A DNA stretch of 63,489 nucleotides from Spirochaetales bacterium (GTDB lineage Bacteria > Spirochaetota > Spirochaetia > Treponematales > UBA12059). Made by a program: the position numbers and the translations under genes. Position 1 is the first letter of the stretch. Each line of letters starts with the position of its first letter. The stretch lies in the NCBI GenBank assembly GCA_016928955.1, contig JAFGJV010000058.1, positions 1 through 63,489 on the forward strand. Reading direction: 5' to 3'. The notes under the pieces are model-generated. The model was not told the origin of the DNA. It was given only the letters and a program-made list of their open reading frames with translations, and searched no databases. Below, piece by piece: positions 1-9,133 of the stretch.

Positions 1-190
1 GTAGCGGAGATGCCCCTGCTACGCCAAGCGGACGCGCCGCGCTTGCTTCTGCGCGATTTTCAACAAGGTTCGCGGCACTATGGAAGCTTTGTGGTGGCTG
101 GAGCCCCTGATGTACGGCCCCAATCGCGGCACAGCGCGATTTTGAGTGGTCAAAGACAAGCGCCGGGCGTCCATCGCGCGTAGTAGTCAT

Positions 191-1684
191 ATGGATACAA
201 ACGATCCCCTGTCCAAACTCGCCGCGGACGTCTTTAGCGTGTCGTATCTCTTTCCCTACCAGAGGCTGGCCATGGAACATGTGCTTGACGCCTGTTCCGA
301 AAGCCACGATCAAGAACGGGAGCTCCTCGCGGGACAGATTGTCATCCTGCCTACCGGTTACGGGAAAAGCCTCTGCTTCCAGCTGCCCGCCCTGCTTCTG
401 GACGGCATAACGGTGGTCGTGTATCCGTTGGTCGGCCTCATGCAGGACCAAAAGCGCGGCCTTCAGGCCAGGGGCATAGCATCTGCACTCATCCAGGGCG
501 GGCAGGACGCAGCCGAGCGGGCCGATCAATTCAGGCTCCTGGAAAGCGGCGGTGCCAAAATAGCCATAACCAATCCGGAGGCTTTGTCCCTGGCCGGCGT
601 GCTGTCCAGGTTCAGGCGCTTAGGCGTTGCCCATCTGGTGGTGGACGAGGCCCACTGCGTGGCCGAATGGGGCGACACCTTCCGGCCGGCGTACCTTGGG
701 CTCGGAGCCAGCGCCGCCGCGCTGAATCCGGCCTACCTGAGCGCGTTCACGGCCACCGCCTCGCCCGCTATACTCGGCCGCGTGGCCGACGTCCTGTTCG
801 GAGAAAAGGCATACACGGTGGCCATGGGCCTGCCCGACCGCCCAAATATCAGGTACGCCGTCAGGCTGACCCTGTCGCCCCTGCATGAGATCAGGGCGGC
901 CGTGCAGACCCTGCCTCGGCCGTTGATCGTGTTCTCCGCCTCTAGGCCGGGCGTGGAGACCCTGGCCGAGGACCTGTCCATGTCCGAAGCCCCGGGCACG
1001 GTGCGCTTCTACCACGCCGGCCTGTCCAAACCCGAGCGACTGTCCGTGGAAGCATGGTTTTACTCGGCCAGGAACGCCGTGATGTGCGCGACCTGCGCAT
1101 ACGGGCTTGGCATGGATAAGCCGGACATACGAAGCGTGGTACACGCGGGGACCCCGGCGTCGGTTGAAGCATACCTGCAGGAATCAGGGCGGGCGGGACG
1201 GGACGGGCTGCCAGCATGGGCCCTTCTTGTCGACACGCCCATAAAAACGAGCCGCGCAACGGCCCCGCCCGGCTCAAGCTCACACGCCGAGGCCAGGAGC
1301 CTGGCCATGCGCCGTTACGCCCTGGCGCCCGGCTGCAGGCGCCGCTACCTCCTGTCCGCCCTGGACTCCCCCGGCGCGGCCGACTGCGCTTGTTCCGGTT
1401 GCGATCGCTGTGACCGCCTGGATTCGGATACGCCTTCGGGCTGGCCGGAACTGAACGGGGCCATTGCTCGGCATCCGCGCCGCCTGGACAAGGCTGCTGC
1501 GGTCGCCTTCCTTAAAGATACCGGCCAGCGCTCAGCCGGCGCCGGCACCCTGGCTGCTTGGGCTGACGACGAGGTCACCGAGGCACTGAGCGTCGCCTGT
1601 TCATGCGGCTGGATACGGGAACGGGTTGCCGGCCCCTGGAAGGGGCGGCTGTCGGCTGGCCGGGGGGTGCATGCACTGGCCTGA
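191..1684 (+). CDS. recQ: RecQ-family ATP-dependent DNA helicase (short, no obvious HRDC domain)
   Basis: LPTGYGKSLCFQLPAL, VVDEAHCVAEWGDTFRPAY, TATA, YLQESGRAGRDG, Zn-binding CRR..CSGCDRC; ATG at 191 preferred over the track's GTG at 146. Confidence 0.92.
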   Translation: MDTNDPLSKLAADVFSVSYLFPYQRLAMEHVLDACSESHDQERELLAGQIVILPTGYGKSLCFQLPALLLDGITVVVYPLVGLMQDQKRGLQARGIASALIQGGQDAAERADQFRLLESGGAKIAITNPEALSLAGVLSRFRRLGVAHLVVDEAHCVAEWGDTFRPAYLGLGASAAALNPAYLSAFTATASPAILGRVADVLFGEKAYTVAMGLPDRPNIRYAVRLTLSPLHEIRAAVQTLPRPLIVFSASRPGVETLAEDLSMSEAPGTVRFYHAGLSKPERLSVEAWFYSARNAVMCATCAYGLGMDKPDIRSVVHAGTPASVEAYLQESGRAGRDGLPAWALLVDTPIKTSRATAPPGSSSHAEARSLAMRRYALAPGCRRRYLLSALDSPGAADCACSGCDRCDRLDSDTPSGWPELNGAIARHPRRLDKAAAVAFLKDTGQRSAGAGTLAAWADDEVTEALSVACSCGWIRERVAGPWKGRLSAGRGVHALA

Positions 1685-1724
1685 GCGCAGGCGCCGGGAA
1701 AGTCTCGAACGTGGGCCGGGAATT

Positions 1725-1982
1725 TTACAGCGGGAAGTTGTCCTCTTCGTCGTCGGCTTCGTCCTGGTCGGCAGGAGCCTGCTCGGGCGGCGCGTGGGCG
1801 ACTCTCTTGCTCCGGAAAGACAGCGACCGGCGCTTCCTACCTTCCCTGGCCCAGGGATCGGCCAGGTTCCGGAACAGTATCCAAACGGCCACGAATATGG
1901 CCAGGGTAAGCAGTACTTCCCAGCGGCCCATGACCTCCCAGGCCAGACGCAACCTGTCCGCTATTCCCGATTCAGCCTGCAT
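1725..1982 (-). CDS. Small single-pass membrane protein with acidic C-terminal tail
   Basis: 85 aa ORF with hydrophobic WEVLLTLAIFVAVWILF, a basic patch, then DEADDEED; 29 nt downstream of the PilZ gene on the same strand. Confidence 0.6.
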   Translation of the reverse strand: MQAESGIADRLRLAWEVMGRWEVLLTLAIFVAVWILFRNLADPWAREGRKRRSLSFRSKRVAHAPPEQAPADQDEADDEEDNFPL

Positions 1983-2011
1983 GACATACCCCCGCGCGAA
2001 CCGCGCCGCCG

Positions 2012-3244
2012 TTAACCCGAGTAGACGGTCTCGTCGCTTGGCATGCTCGACGAGCGGTCCGCGTACAGAAGCTCCCTGAGCGCGGCCATGCCGCCCTCAT
2101 CCAGGCCGAGGAAGGAAACGCCGTAGTACTCGTTTTCCCTGTCCTCAAAACGCCGCACCACCCTGCCCTTGCACAGCAAATCCAGGCTCGGCGCCCGTAT
2201 GCCAAGGTCAAGCACGGCAGCCTGTTTGAGCTTGACCGGATAGCTGGACTTGGGCAGGACGAACAGGCAGCCAGACGCCGAGAAGTCCAGCACGTGGGGG
2301 CGGTGCGGCTCGGGTTTCCCCTTGCCGTCGCCCTTGAAGTATCCTTGTTCCTTGAGCTTCCAGGCCAGGGCCCTGGCGAATTCCCAGGCAAAATCAACGG
2401 CCCGGAAATCCAGGCACACTTTCTTGCTCTCGTCGTTCATGATGTACACATACCCTATGACGTACTGGTAATAGAGCATGGGACAATACACTTCCGACAC
2501 CACGCCGGCCTGGGCCTTCTCAGCCCGGTTCTTCTCCAGGGTTGACCCTTCCAGGAAGATGGACGGGCCTTCGTACGCGTCGGCCATGGCCTGGGTGACG
2601 ATCCTGCCCTCCGGGTAGGGATCGGTGGGCGGCAGGTTGCTTTTGGTGCTGGCCACCAGGAGGACTCTCCCGAGCCGCGTGATGATTTTCTCCTCCAGCG
2701 TCGAGGGCGCTCGTTTGGGCCCGAACATGATGACGCCCGCCTGGCTGTATTTTGCCGTGGCCTTGGCCTGGAAGCTGGCCAGGAGACCGTTCAGGCTGGA
2801 CAGGTCAAAGCCTTCCTTGGGTTCGGGCAGCTCGAGCTCGAGGTACTCGGTCGACTCGGGCACGGTCATGTGGACATGGTCGTTCTGCAGGTAAAATTCC
2901 AGGGCAAGACCCTTGGGCGGGGCGACCCTAACGGCCTTGCGCTGGGGCGCTTTCAGCAGGCGCTCGGGCAGGGCAAGGTGCAGACGGCGGCCGTCCACCC
3001 GGATCACCTTGGACGAAAAGGCCAGGCGCTGCCCCTGGTAGCCAAGCGATGCCGTGACCTCCTCCCAGGAGGCAAAAGGGTTTGGGCCTACGTCGGTCGT
3101 TTCCAGGACCACCACATCCTTGTCAAAGGACGTGATGACGCACCTGGCTGACTTGCCGGGCCCGAAAAGCGACACCGCTCCCTTGGACCTCATCAGCTGG
3201 TTCAGGAGGAATTCTTTCTCTATGAACGTTATGGAATTGGTCAT
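2012..3244 (-). CDS. PilZ-domain protein (YcgR-like N-terminus, GAF-like insert; DUF1577-like), putative c-di-GMP receptor
   Basis: RxxxR (QRKAVR) and distal DxSxxG (LDFSASG); ATG at 3244 follows AGGGAC; paralog of 61367-62614. Confidence 0.75.
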   Translation of the reverse strand: MTNSITFIEKEFLLNQLMRSKGAVSLFGPGKSARCVITSFDKDVVVLETTDVGPNPFASWEEVTASLGYQGQRLAFSSKVIRVDGRRLHLALPERLLKAPQRKAVRVAPPKGLALEFYLQNDHVHMTVPESTEYLELELPEPKEGFDLSSLNGLLASFQAKATAKYSQAGVIMFGPKRAPSTLEEKIITRLGRVLLVASTKSNLPPTDPYPEGRIVTQAMADAYEGPSIFLEGSTLEKNRAEKAQAGVVSEVYCPMLYYQYVIGYVYIMNDESKKVCLDFRAVDFAWEFARALAWKLKEQGYFKGDGKGKPEPHRPHVLDFSASGCLFVLPKSSYPVKLKQAAVLDLGIRAPSLDLLCKGRVVRRFEDRENEYYGVSFLGLDEGGMAALRELLYADRSSSMPSDETVYSG

Positions 3245-3263
3245 GTCCCTGTCCCGCCCGGTA

Positions 3264-3272
3264 ATTATAGCA
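3264..3272 (-). promoter_or_regulatory. Extended -10 sigma70 promoter element for the PilZ gene
   Basis: Minus strand TGCTATAAT, a perfect TGnTATAAT, about 20 nt upstream of ATG 3244. Confidence 0.7.
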
Positions 3273-3343
3273 TGCCCACGCGCCGCGCGGCACCAAAACC
3301 GCCCGCTTGGGCCAAACGGAGCCACAAAAAACACCAGTTTTAA

Positions 3344-3379
3344 GGAACCTCTAAAAACCCCATGGTTATTAGATGTTCC
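3344..3379. repeat. AT-rich imperfect inverted repeat (REP/MITE-like element or operator)
   Basis: GGAACCTCTAAAAACC-ccat-GGTTATTAGATGTTCC, 14/16 arm match, flanked by GTTTT/AAAAC. Confidence 0.55.
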
Positions 3380-3420
3380 CAAAACAACCAGTCGCGGGGG
3401 GAATCGAGGGCGTTCCGGCC

Positions 3421-3450
3421 TTGCCAAGCAGGCCGCCCATCCCCTAGTAT
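3421..3450 (+). promoter_or_regulatory. Putative sigma70 promoter of pgi-murG-cvpA-holB-hk-rr
   Basis: TTGCCA-N18-TAGTAT. Confidence 0.4.
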
Positions 3451-3515
3451 TCCCGTATCGAAACGACACAGTATGGGCGCTGGCTGACGAGCGGAGCCCT
3501 CAAGGCAGGTACGCT

Positions 3516-5096
3516 ATGAACGCATATAGCCGCATAGACAGATGCCGGGCATGGCCGGCACTAAAGGCAAAGCAGGCGGAAAACCTCAGATTGGCCCTTG
3601 GGCCCGAGCGCGTGTCCAGGCGCCTGGTGCCGGCCGGCGCCGGCCTGCGTTATTCCTGGGGGGCCATGGACGTGGACGACGAAACCGTGACCCTCCTGGC
3701 CGACGCGGCCAACGAGCTTGGCCTAGTCGCGCAGTACAGGGAACTGGCGTCCGGGGCCGTAATGAACTCAGGAGAGCGTCGCATGGTCCTCCACCACGCG
3801 CTCAGGGGCCAGCCGGCAGGCGCCGCGGTCAAGGACGGCAGGGATTTCCGCGCCTTCTATGAAGCCCAGCGTGCCCGGTTCTCCGCCTTTGCCGACGCCG
3901 TCCGCTCGGGCGCCATCCGGGGCTCCACGGGCAAACGCTTCACCAGGGTCGTCCAGATAGGCATAGGCGGCTCGGATCTTGGCCCCCGAGCCCTGTATCT
4001 GGCGCTTGAGCAGTGGGCCAGGCAGCGGGGCGAGCTGGCCGTCCGCGCGTCGTTCATCAGCAATGTGGACCCTGACGACGCCAACGCCGTGCTGGCCGAC
4101 ACGGATCCGGAGACTACCCTCTTTATCCTGGTGTCCAAAAGCGGGACCACGCAGGAAACCTTAGCCAACGAGGCCCTGGTAAAATCCCGCCTTGGATCCG
4201 TTCCCGGCATGGACGCGTCCAAGCACCTGGTGGCCGTGACCAGCGAGACCAGCCCCCTGGCGGGCAATCCCGGGTACCTGGACTCGTTCTTCATAGACGA
4301 CTACATAGGCGGCCGGTACAGCGCCACCAGCGCGGTGGGCGGCGTGATTCTGTCCGTGGCCCTTGGTCCAAAAACCTTCTCTGCCATACTTGAAGGAGCG
4401 GCCGACGCCGACGCACTGGCCATGGAGCCGGACATCCTGAAAAACGCCGCCATGCTGGACGCCCTTCTGGGCGTGTTCCAGCGTGACGTCCTTGGCCGGC
4501 CAGCAACGGCCGTTTTGCCCTATTCCCAGGCCCTGAGCCGGTTCCCCGCCCATCTCCAGCAACTGGACATGGAATCCAACGGCAAGTCCGTGGACCGCTC
4601 GGCCGGGCGCGTTGATATTCCCACGGGGCCCATTGTGTTCGGCGAGCCGGGCACCAACGGACAGCATTCCTTCTACCAGCTCCTGCACCAGGGTACCGAC
4701 GTGGTTCCCCTCCAGTTTATAGGCTTTGAGGAAAATCAGACCGCCCCCGATCCCCAGTTCGAGGGCTCCACGGCCAGGCGCAAGCTGAACGCCAACCTGG
4801 TCGCCCAGATCGTCGCCTTTGCCAAAGGCCAGGACGACCAGGATCCCAACAGAAACTTCCCAGGCGGCCGCCCCTCGACCCTCCTTGTGGGCAAGATGCT
4901 CGATCCGGCGGCTCTTGGGGCGCTCCTGGCCCATTACGAGAACAAGGTCATGTTCCAGGGCTTCTGCTGGAACCTCAATTCTTTTGACCAGGAGGGCGTC
5001 CAGCTGGGCAAGGTCCTGACCAAAAAGGTGCTCGCTGACGGCGGCCCCGCCGACCCGACCCTTGCCGCCTATGCCCGGCTTCTGGGCCTGTCATGA
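3516..5096 (+). CDS. pgi: Glucose-6-phosphate isomerase
   Basis: IGIGGSDLGP, VSKSGTTQET, GGRYS, LQQLDMESNGK, GTNGQHSFYQLLHQG, FDQEGVQLGK; start set at ATG 3516. Confidence 0.97.
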   Translation: MNAYSRIDRCRAWPALKAKQAENLRLALGPERVSRRLVPAGAGLRYSWGAMDVDDETVTLLADAANELGLVAQYRELASGAVMNSGERRMVLHHALRGQPAGAAVKDGRDFRAFYEAQRARFSAFADAVRSGAIRGSTGKRFTRVVQIGIGGSDLGPRALYLALEQWARQRGELAVRASFISNVDPDDANAVLADTDPETTLFILVSKSGTTQETLANEALVKSRLGSVPGMDASKHLVAVTSETSPLAGNPGYLDSFFIDDYIGGRYSATSAVGGVILSVALGPKTFSAILEGAADADALAMEPDILKNAAMLDALLGVFQRDVLGRPATAVLPYSQALSRFPAHLQQLDMESNGKSVDRSAGRVDIPTGPIVFGEPGTNGQHSFYQLLHQGTDVVPLQFIGFEENQTAPDPQFEGSTARRKLNANLVAQIVAFAKGQDDQDPNRNFPGGRPSTLLVGKMLDPAALGALLAHYENKVMFQGFCWNLNSFDQEGVQLGKVLTKKVLADGGPADPTLAAYARLLGLS

Positions 5097-6217
5097 GCAT
5101 GGACAAACCCTGCATAGCCTTTACCGGGGGCGGCACCGGCGGGCACGTATACCCGGGCCTGGCCATCATAGAGCGCTTGCGTGAGCGTTGGGACGGCCGG
5201 ATCGTGTGGATAGGCTCAGGCAAGGCCGTTGAGCGCGACGCTGTCAGGGCGGCCGGCATAGAGTTCTACTCGGTACCCTCGGGCAAGCTCAGGCGCTCAC
5301 TGTCCCCCCGCAACCTGGTTGACGTGTTCAAGGTGGCCGCCGGCTACGTGGCAGCCCGGAGCACGCTCAGGGCGCTCGGGCCGCTCATCCTGTTCTCCAA
5401 GGGCGGCTACGTGAGCGTACCTCCCTGCCTGGCTGCCCACCGCTTGGGCATACCCGTGTTCACCCACGAATCCGACGTATCCCCCGGGCTGGCCACCCGC
5501 CTGAACTCCCGTTGGGCGGAACGTATCGTGCTCAGCTGGGAGGCAAGCCTTGCGTTTTTGGACGACGCCAGAAAAAAGCGAGCCGTGGTCATGGGCAATC
5601 CCGTGCGCTCGGCCGTTGGCTCGGGCAACGCCGGACGCGGAAAGGCCTGGCTGGGCGTCAAGCCCGACCTGCCCCTGGTACTGGTCATGGGCGGCAGCCA
5701 GGGCGCGCGCGAGGTGAACGACCTGGTGGCGGGTGCCCTGCCCTTGCTCGGCGGCTCGGTCGCCTTTGCCCACCAGCTTGGGGCGGGCAACCCGCCGGCG
5801 GCGCCAAACGGCCCCACCTACCGCTCCTTCGAGTTCGTCCACGGAGAATTGCCGGACCTGTACGCGGCCGCGGATATAGTCGTTGGTAGGGCCGGGGCCG
5901 GCATCGTGTGGGAGAGCTCGGCGGCCGGAAAGCCCATGATACTGGTTCCTCTCGTTAAGGGCAGCCGCGGCGACCAGGTAGAAAACGCGCGGCTTTTGTC
6001 CGATGCCGGCGGGGCCATCACCCTGACGGGCGCCGACGCCACGGCGGAGCGCCTGGCCGGGGAAATCAGGCAACTGGCGACCGACCCCGACAAGCGGGCT
6101 CACATGGCGCGGGCGGCTGCCGCGGTGGCCCCTCCCGACGCCGCTTCGGCCATAGCCAACCTGATCCTGGAACGGGCCGCGGCTCGGCTGGCCCAGACGG
6201 GGGAGGACGCCCGATGA
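5093..6217 (+). CDS. murG: Lipid II GlcNAc transferase MurG
   Basis: GGGTGGHVYPG, KGGYVSVP, HESD, GNPVR, GGSQGA, Q..NA motifs. Confidence 0.96.
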   Translation: MSMDKPCIAFTGGGTGGHVYPGLAIIERLRERWDGRIVWIGSGKAVERDAVRAAGIEFYSVPSGKLRRSLSPRNLVDVFKVAAGYVAARSTLRALGPLILFSKGGYVSVPPCLAAHRLGIPVFTHESDVSPGLATRLNSRWAERIVLSWEASLAFLDDARKKRAVVMGNPVRSAVGSGNAGRGKAWLGVKPDLPLVLVMGGSQGAREVNDLVAGALPLLGGSVAFAHQLGAGNPPAAPNGPTYRSFEFVHGELPDLYAAADIVVGRAGAGIVWESSAAGKPMILVPLVKGSRGDQVENARLLSDAGGAITLTGADATAERLAGEIRQLATDPDKRAHMARAAAAVAPPDAASAIANLILERAAARLAQTGEDAR

Positions 6218-6687
6218 ATACCCTGGACTTTGTGTTCGCGGCCATCGTGCTGGTGGCGGCGCTCCGCTGTTTTTTCCGCGGCATCATAGAGGAAGTCATG
6301 TCGGCGGCCGCCCTGGTTGGAGGCCTCCTGGCCGGCGTGCTCCTGTACCGCCCCGTCAGCGCGTGGGTGGGCGGGCTTTTGGGCCTGGACGGCTTTTGGG
6401 CGGCCTTGCTGGGTTTTGCCATCAGCTTCATAGCCGTATTCGTGGCCGTCAAGCTGCTGGAAAGCTCCCTGAGGACCATCCTGGACAAGCTGGAGCTTGA
6501 GTCTCTGGACAGGGGCCTGGGGCTGCTCTTTGGCGCGCTGGAGGGCGTGGTTGTCGTGGCCATCATCCTGATAGCCCTCCGCTACCAGCCCCTCTTTGAC
6601 GTAAAGGAGCTCCTTGACGGCAGTGCCGTGGCAGGTATCCTCATGCCCATTATCGTGGAGCGGCTGCCCGGCCCGGGAGCCGGCTGA
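6214..6687 (+). CDS. cvpA: CvpA-family (colicin V production) membrane protein
   Basis: Four hydrophobic helices, RGIIEE and LDRGLGLLFGALEG; position in the murG-cvpA-holB-hk2-rrp2 order. Confidence 0.88.
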   Translation: MNTLDFVFAAIVLVAALRCFFRGIIEEVMSAAALVGGLLAGVLLYRPVSAWVGGLLGLDGFWAALLGFAISFIAVFVAVKLLESSLRTILDKLELESLDRGLGLLFGALEGVVVVAIILIALRYQPLFDVKELLDGSAVAGILMPIIVERLPGPGAG

Positions 6688-6689
6688 CC

Positions 6690-7952
6690 ATGTTCGAAAA
6701 CGTCATAGGCCAGGACGACGCCGTAGGCATGCTCAAAGCCGATCTTGGCGCTTCCGGCCTGCCGCCGTCCATGCTCTTTGAGGGACCGCGCCTCTCCGCC
6801 AAGGCAAGCGCCGCCCTGGAACTGGGCCGGGTCCTGTCCTGCGCCAATGGCGCCGCCTGGAACTGTTCGTGCCCCGACTGCGCTCGCCACCGCTCTCTGT
6901 CCCACCCGGACATGTTGCTGTTCGGTCCCAAAAACCTCTGGCAGGAAGCCGCGACCGGGGCCGAACTCTTGTCCAGGTCGCCCGGAACGGCGTCCAGGTA
7001 CTTTTTTGTACGCGCGGTCCGCAAGCTGACCCGGCGTTTCGACGCTGCCCTGTACGCGGACGAGGAAGGCCGCCTGTCCAAGGCCCTGCCGCTGGTCCGC
7101 TCCCTGCTGGAAGGCTCGGATGCCTGTCTTCCGGGCTCCTCAACCGACGACGAGGCGGCCAAAGAGGCGCACAAGCTCCTTTCCACCTACGGGAAACTCC
7201 ACGAGCTCCTTCCTGACTCAACCCCCGTGTTTCAGATCCGTGCCATGGAGGCGTGGGCCCGCCAGACGCCCATGGGCAGGGCCAAGATCGTCATCCTGGA
7301 GCACGCCGACCGCATGCTGGACGCGTCGCGGAACGCCCTCCTGAAAATCCTTGAGGAAGCGCCGCCGCGCACCACTTTTGTGCTGACCTCGTCCCGACGC
7401 CAGGCGCTCATACCGACCATCCTGTCCAGGGTGCGGCCATACCGTTTCCGGGCCCGCTCGCAGGGTGCGGCCACGGCCGTGCTCGAGCGCGTGTTCAGGT
7501 GGTCGGACCCGGGTGCGCGTTCCGTGGAGAATTTCCTGGACCGCTACCGGCCGGAATCTGCCGGCCACCTATCCGCGGCCGCCGTGGAGTTCGCGTCTGC
7601 CCTGCTTGGCGAATGGTCTTCCAGGTTCGGCGGCGACCCGGCCATGGACCGGGCGGCATCCGACGCGGAGGGGGGCGTGCGGACGGCGCTGGCCAAGGCG
7701 GCTGCCGCCTCGTCCAACTTCGGCGCCGGCGACGACGCCCAGGCATGGTCGTTCCCGGCTTTCCTGGACGAGGCTGGCTCGGTTTTTGCCCGCCTCCTGC
7801 GGGAGGCCGACTCGGCCGAACCGAGCATGAGGGCCGCCGAGCGCTGGGCGGAATTGTCTCGCGACGCGATACAGCGGCACACGTTTTTCAACCTCAACCC
7901 GGTGGCCGTGGCCGAGCGCCTGGCGGCCGCCATGATAGCGGATCGTCCATGA
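6690..7952 (+). CDS. holB: DNA polymerase III delta-prime-like clamp loader subunit
   Basis: MFENVIGQ start, Zn motif C..CSCPDC, HPD, NALLKILEEAP, TILSR; degenerate Walker A. Confidence 0.75.
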   Translation: MFENVIGQDDAVGMLKADLGASGLPPSMLFEGPRLSAKASAALELGRVLSCANGAAWNCSCPDCARHRSLSHPDMLLFGPKNLWQEAATGAELLSRSPGTASRYFFVRAVRKLTRRFDAALYADEEGRLSKALPLVRSLLEGSDACLPGSSTDDEAAKEAHKLLSTYGKLHELLPDSTPVFQIRAMEAWARQTPMGRAKIVILEHADRMLDASRNALLKILEEAPPRTTFVLTSSRRQALIPTILSRVRPYRFRARSQGAATAVLERVFRWSDPGARSVENFLDRYRPESAGHLSAAAVEFASALLGEWSSRFGGDPAMDRAASDAEGGVRTALAKAAAASSNFGAGDDAQAWSFPAFLDEAGSVFARLLREADSAEPSMRAAERWAELSRDAIQRHTFFNLNPVAVAERLAAAMIADRP

Positions 7953-9133
7953 GGAAATTCCTGGAGCGGGCCATGGACCGCGTGTCCCGGATGAACGAGG
8001 AAGCCATCCGGGGCCTTCTGCGCGTGCTTGTGGACGAGAACGACCGGCTGGAATCCGTCCTGGACTCCATGCTAGACGGCATCGTGGTGTGCGGTGACGA
8101 CCACGTGCCCATCCTGGTCAACAAGGCGGCCGAGCGTTTCCTTCCGCTGGCGCAAGCCGAGCTGTTCGACGAGCCGCTGTGGATGGGCGTGCGCGACGAC
8201 GAGCTGTCGGCCTTTTTCCAGACCGTGCTCCTCGGCGAGGAGAGCGTGCTGGACAGGGAATTCGTCCTTGATTCGCCAGGAGGCGCCCGCATCCTGTCTA
8301 TATGCGTGACGCCGCTCGTGAAGGACAAGCGCATACGCGGGACCCTGGTGCACGTGGAGGAGACCACCGACAAGCGCAAGCGCGAGGCGCGGCTCAGGCG
8401 CGCTGAAAGCCTGGCGTCGCTTACCACCCTGGCCGCTGGCGTTGCCCACGAGATAAAAAACCCCCTGGGGTCCATAAGCATCCACGTCCAGCTGATACGC
8501 AAGGCTTTGGGACAGGCGGCGGGGGAACCGGTCCTCAAATACCTGGGCATAGTCAACGAGGAAATAGACAGACTCAACCGCATCGTGGTGGACTTCCTGT
8601 TCGCCGTGCGACCCATGGACATAGCGCCCATCAACGACGACCCGAACGCCGTGGTGCGGGAGGTGGCCGAATTCATGAGGGCGGAGGCAGCCCAGCAGGG
8701 CGTAACCCTGTCCGAGAAATACGAGCGCTCGCCGCCCCTCCTGTCAATAGACAAACGCTACATCAAGCAGGCCCTCCTCAACCTGGTTAAGAACGCCCTT
8801 GCGGCCATGCCGGACGGGGGAAAGCTCGCACTGAACACAGAGCGCGAAGGCGACGAATTCCGCATCGTGGTGGCGGACACGGGCACGGGCATACCGGAGG
8901 ACAAGCTCGGCAAGATTTTCGAGCCCTATTACACCACCAAGGAAAACGGTACCGGTCTGGGCCTGACCCTGGCGTACAAGATAGTCAAGGAACACGCGGG
9001 CGACATGACCGTCCGCTCCAAGCAGGGCCAGGGCGCCGTGTTCACCATCGGCCTGCCCGTGCCCCAGCGCGAGCGCCGCATGATCACGGACGGAGAATGC
9101 CAGGGCGCGGCCTGCGTTGAGGAGGACTCATGA
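7949..9133 (+). CDS. Cytoplasmic PAS sensor histidine kinase (Hk2-like)
   Basis: PAS-like SMLDGIVV..VNKAAE, H-box VAHEIKNPL, N-box NLVKNA, DTGTGI, FEPYYTTK..GTGLGL; ATG 7949 overlaps the holB stop. Confidence 0.92.
   Translation: MRKFLERAMDRVSRMNEEAIRGLLRVLVDENDRLESVLDSMLDGIVVCGDDHVPILVNKAAERFLPLAQAELFDEPLWMGVRDDELSAFFQTVLLGEESVLDREFVLDSPGGARILSICVTPLVKDKRIRGTLVHVEETTDKRKREARLRRAESLASLTTLAAGVAHEIKNPLGSISIHVQLIRKALGQAAGEPVLKYLGIVNEEIDRLNRIVVDFLFAVRPMDIAPINDDPNAVVREVAEFMRAEAAQQGVTLSEKYERSPPLLSIDKRYIKQALLNLVKNALAAMPDGGKLALNTEREGDEFRIVVADTGTGIPEDKLGKIFEPYYTTKENGTGLGLTLAYKIVKEHAGDMTVRSKQGQGAVFTIGLPVPQRERRMITDGECQGAACVEEDS

Noticed and set aside
3344..3379. dif site, given xerC/xerD in the window
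   Set aside because: Lacks the 11-6-11 layout and the TTATGTTAAAT-like XerD arm.
3054..3515. N-terminal extensions in the ORF track for pgi (also PilZ, kinase, flhB, hslV, xerC, dprA, mraY, anti-sigma)
   Set aside because: They overlap neighbouring genes or promoters; downstream starts fit the RBS and family N-termini.
6214..6687. cvpA as evidence of a bacteriocin system
   Set aside because: CvpA is a widespread housekeeping membrane protein; no toxin, immunity or exporter genes are nearby.
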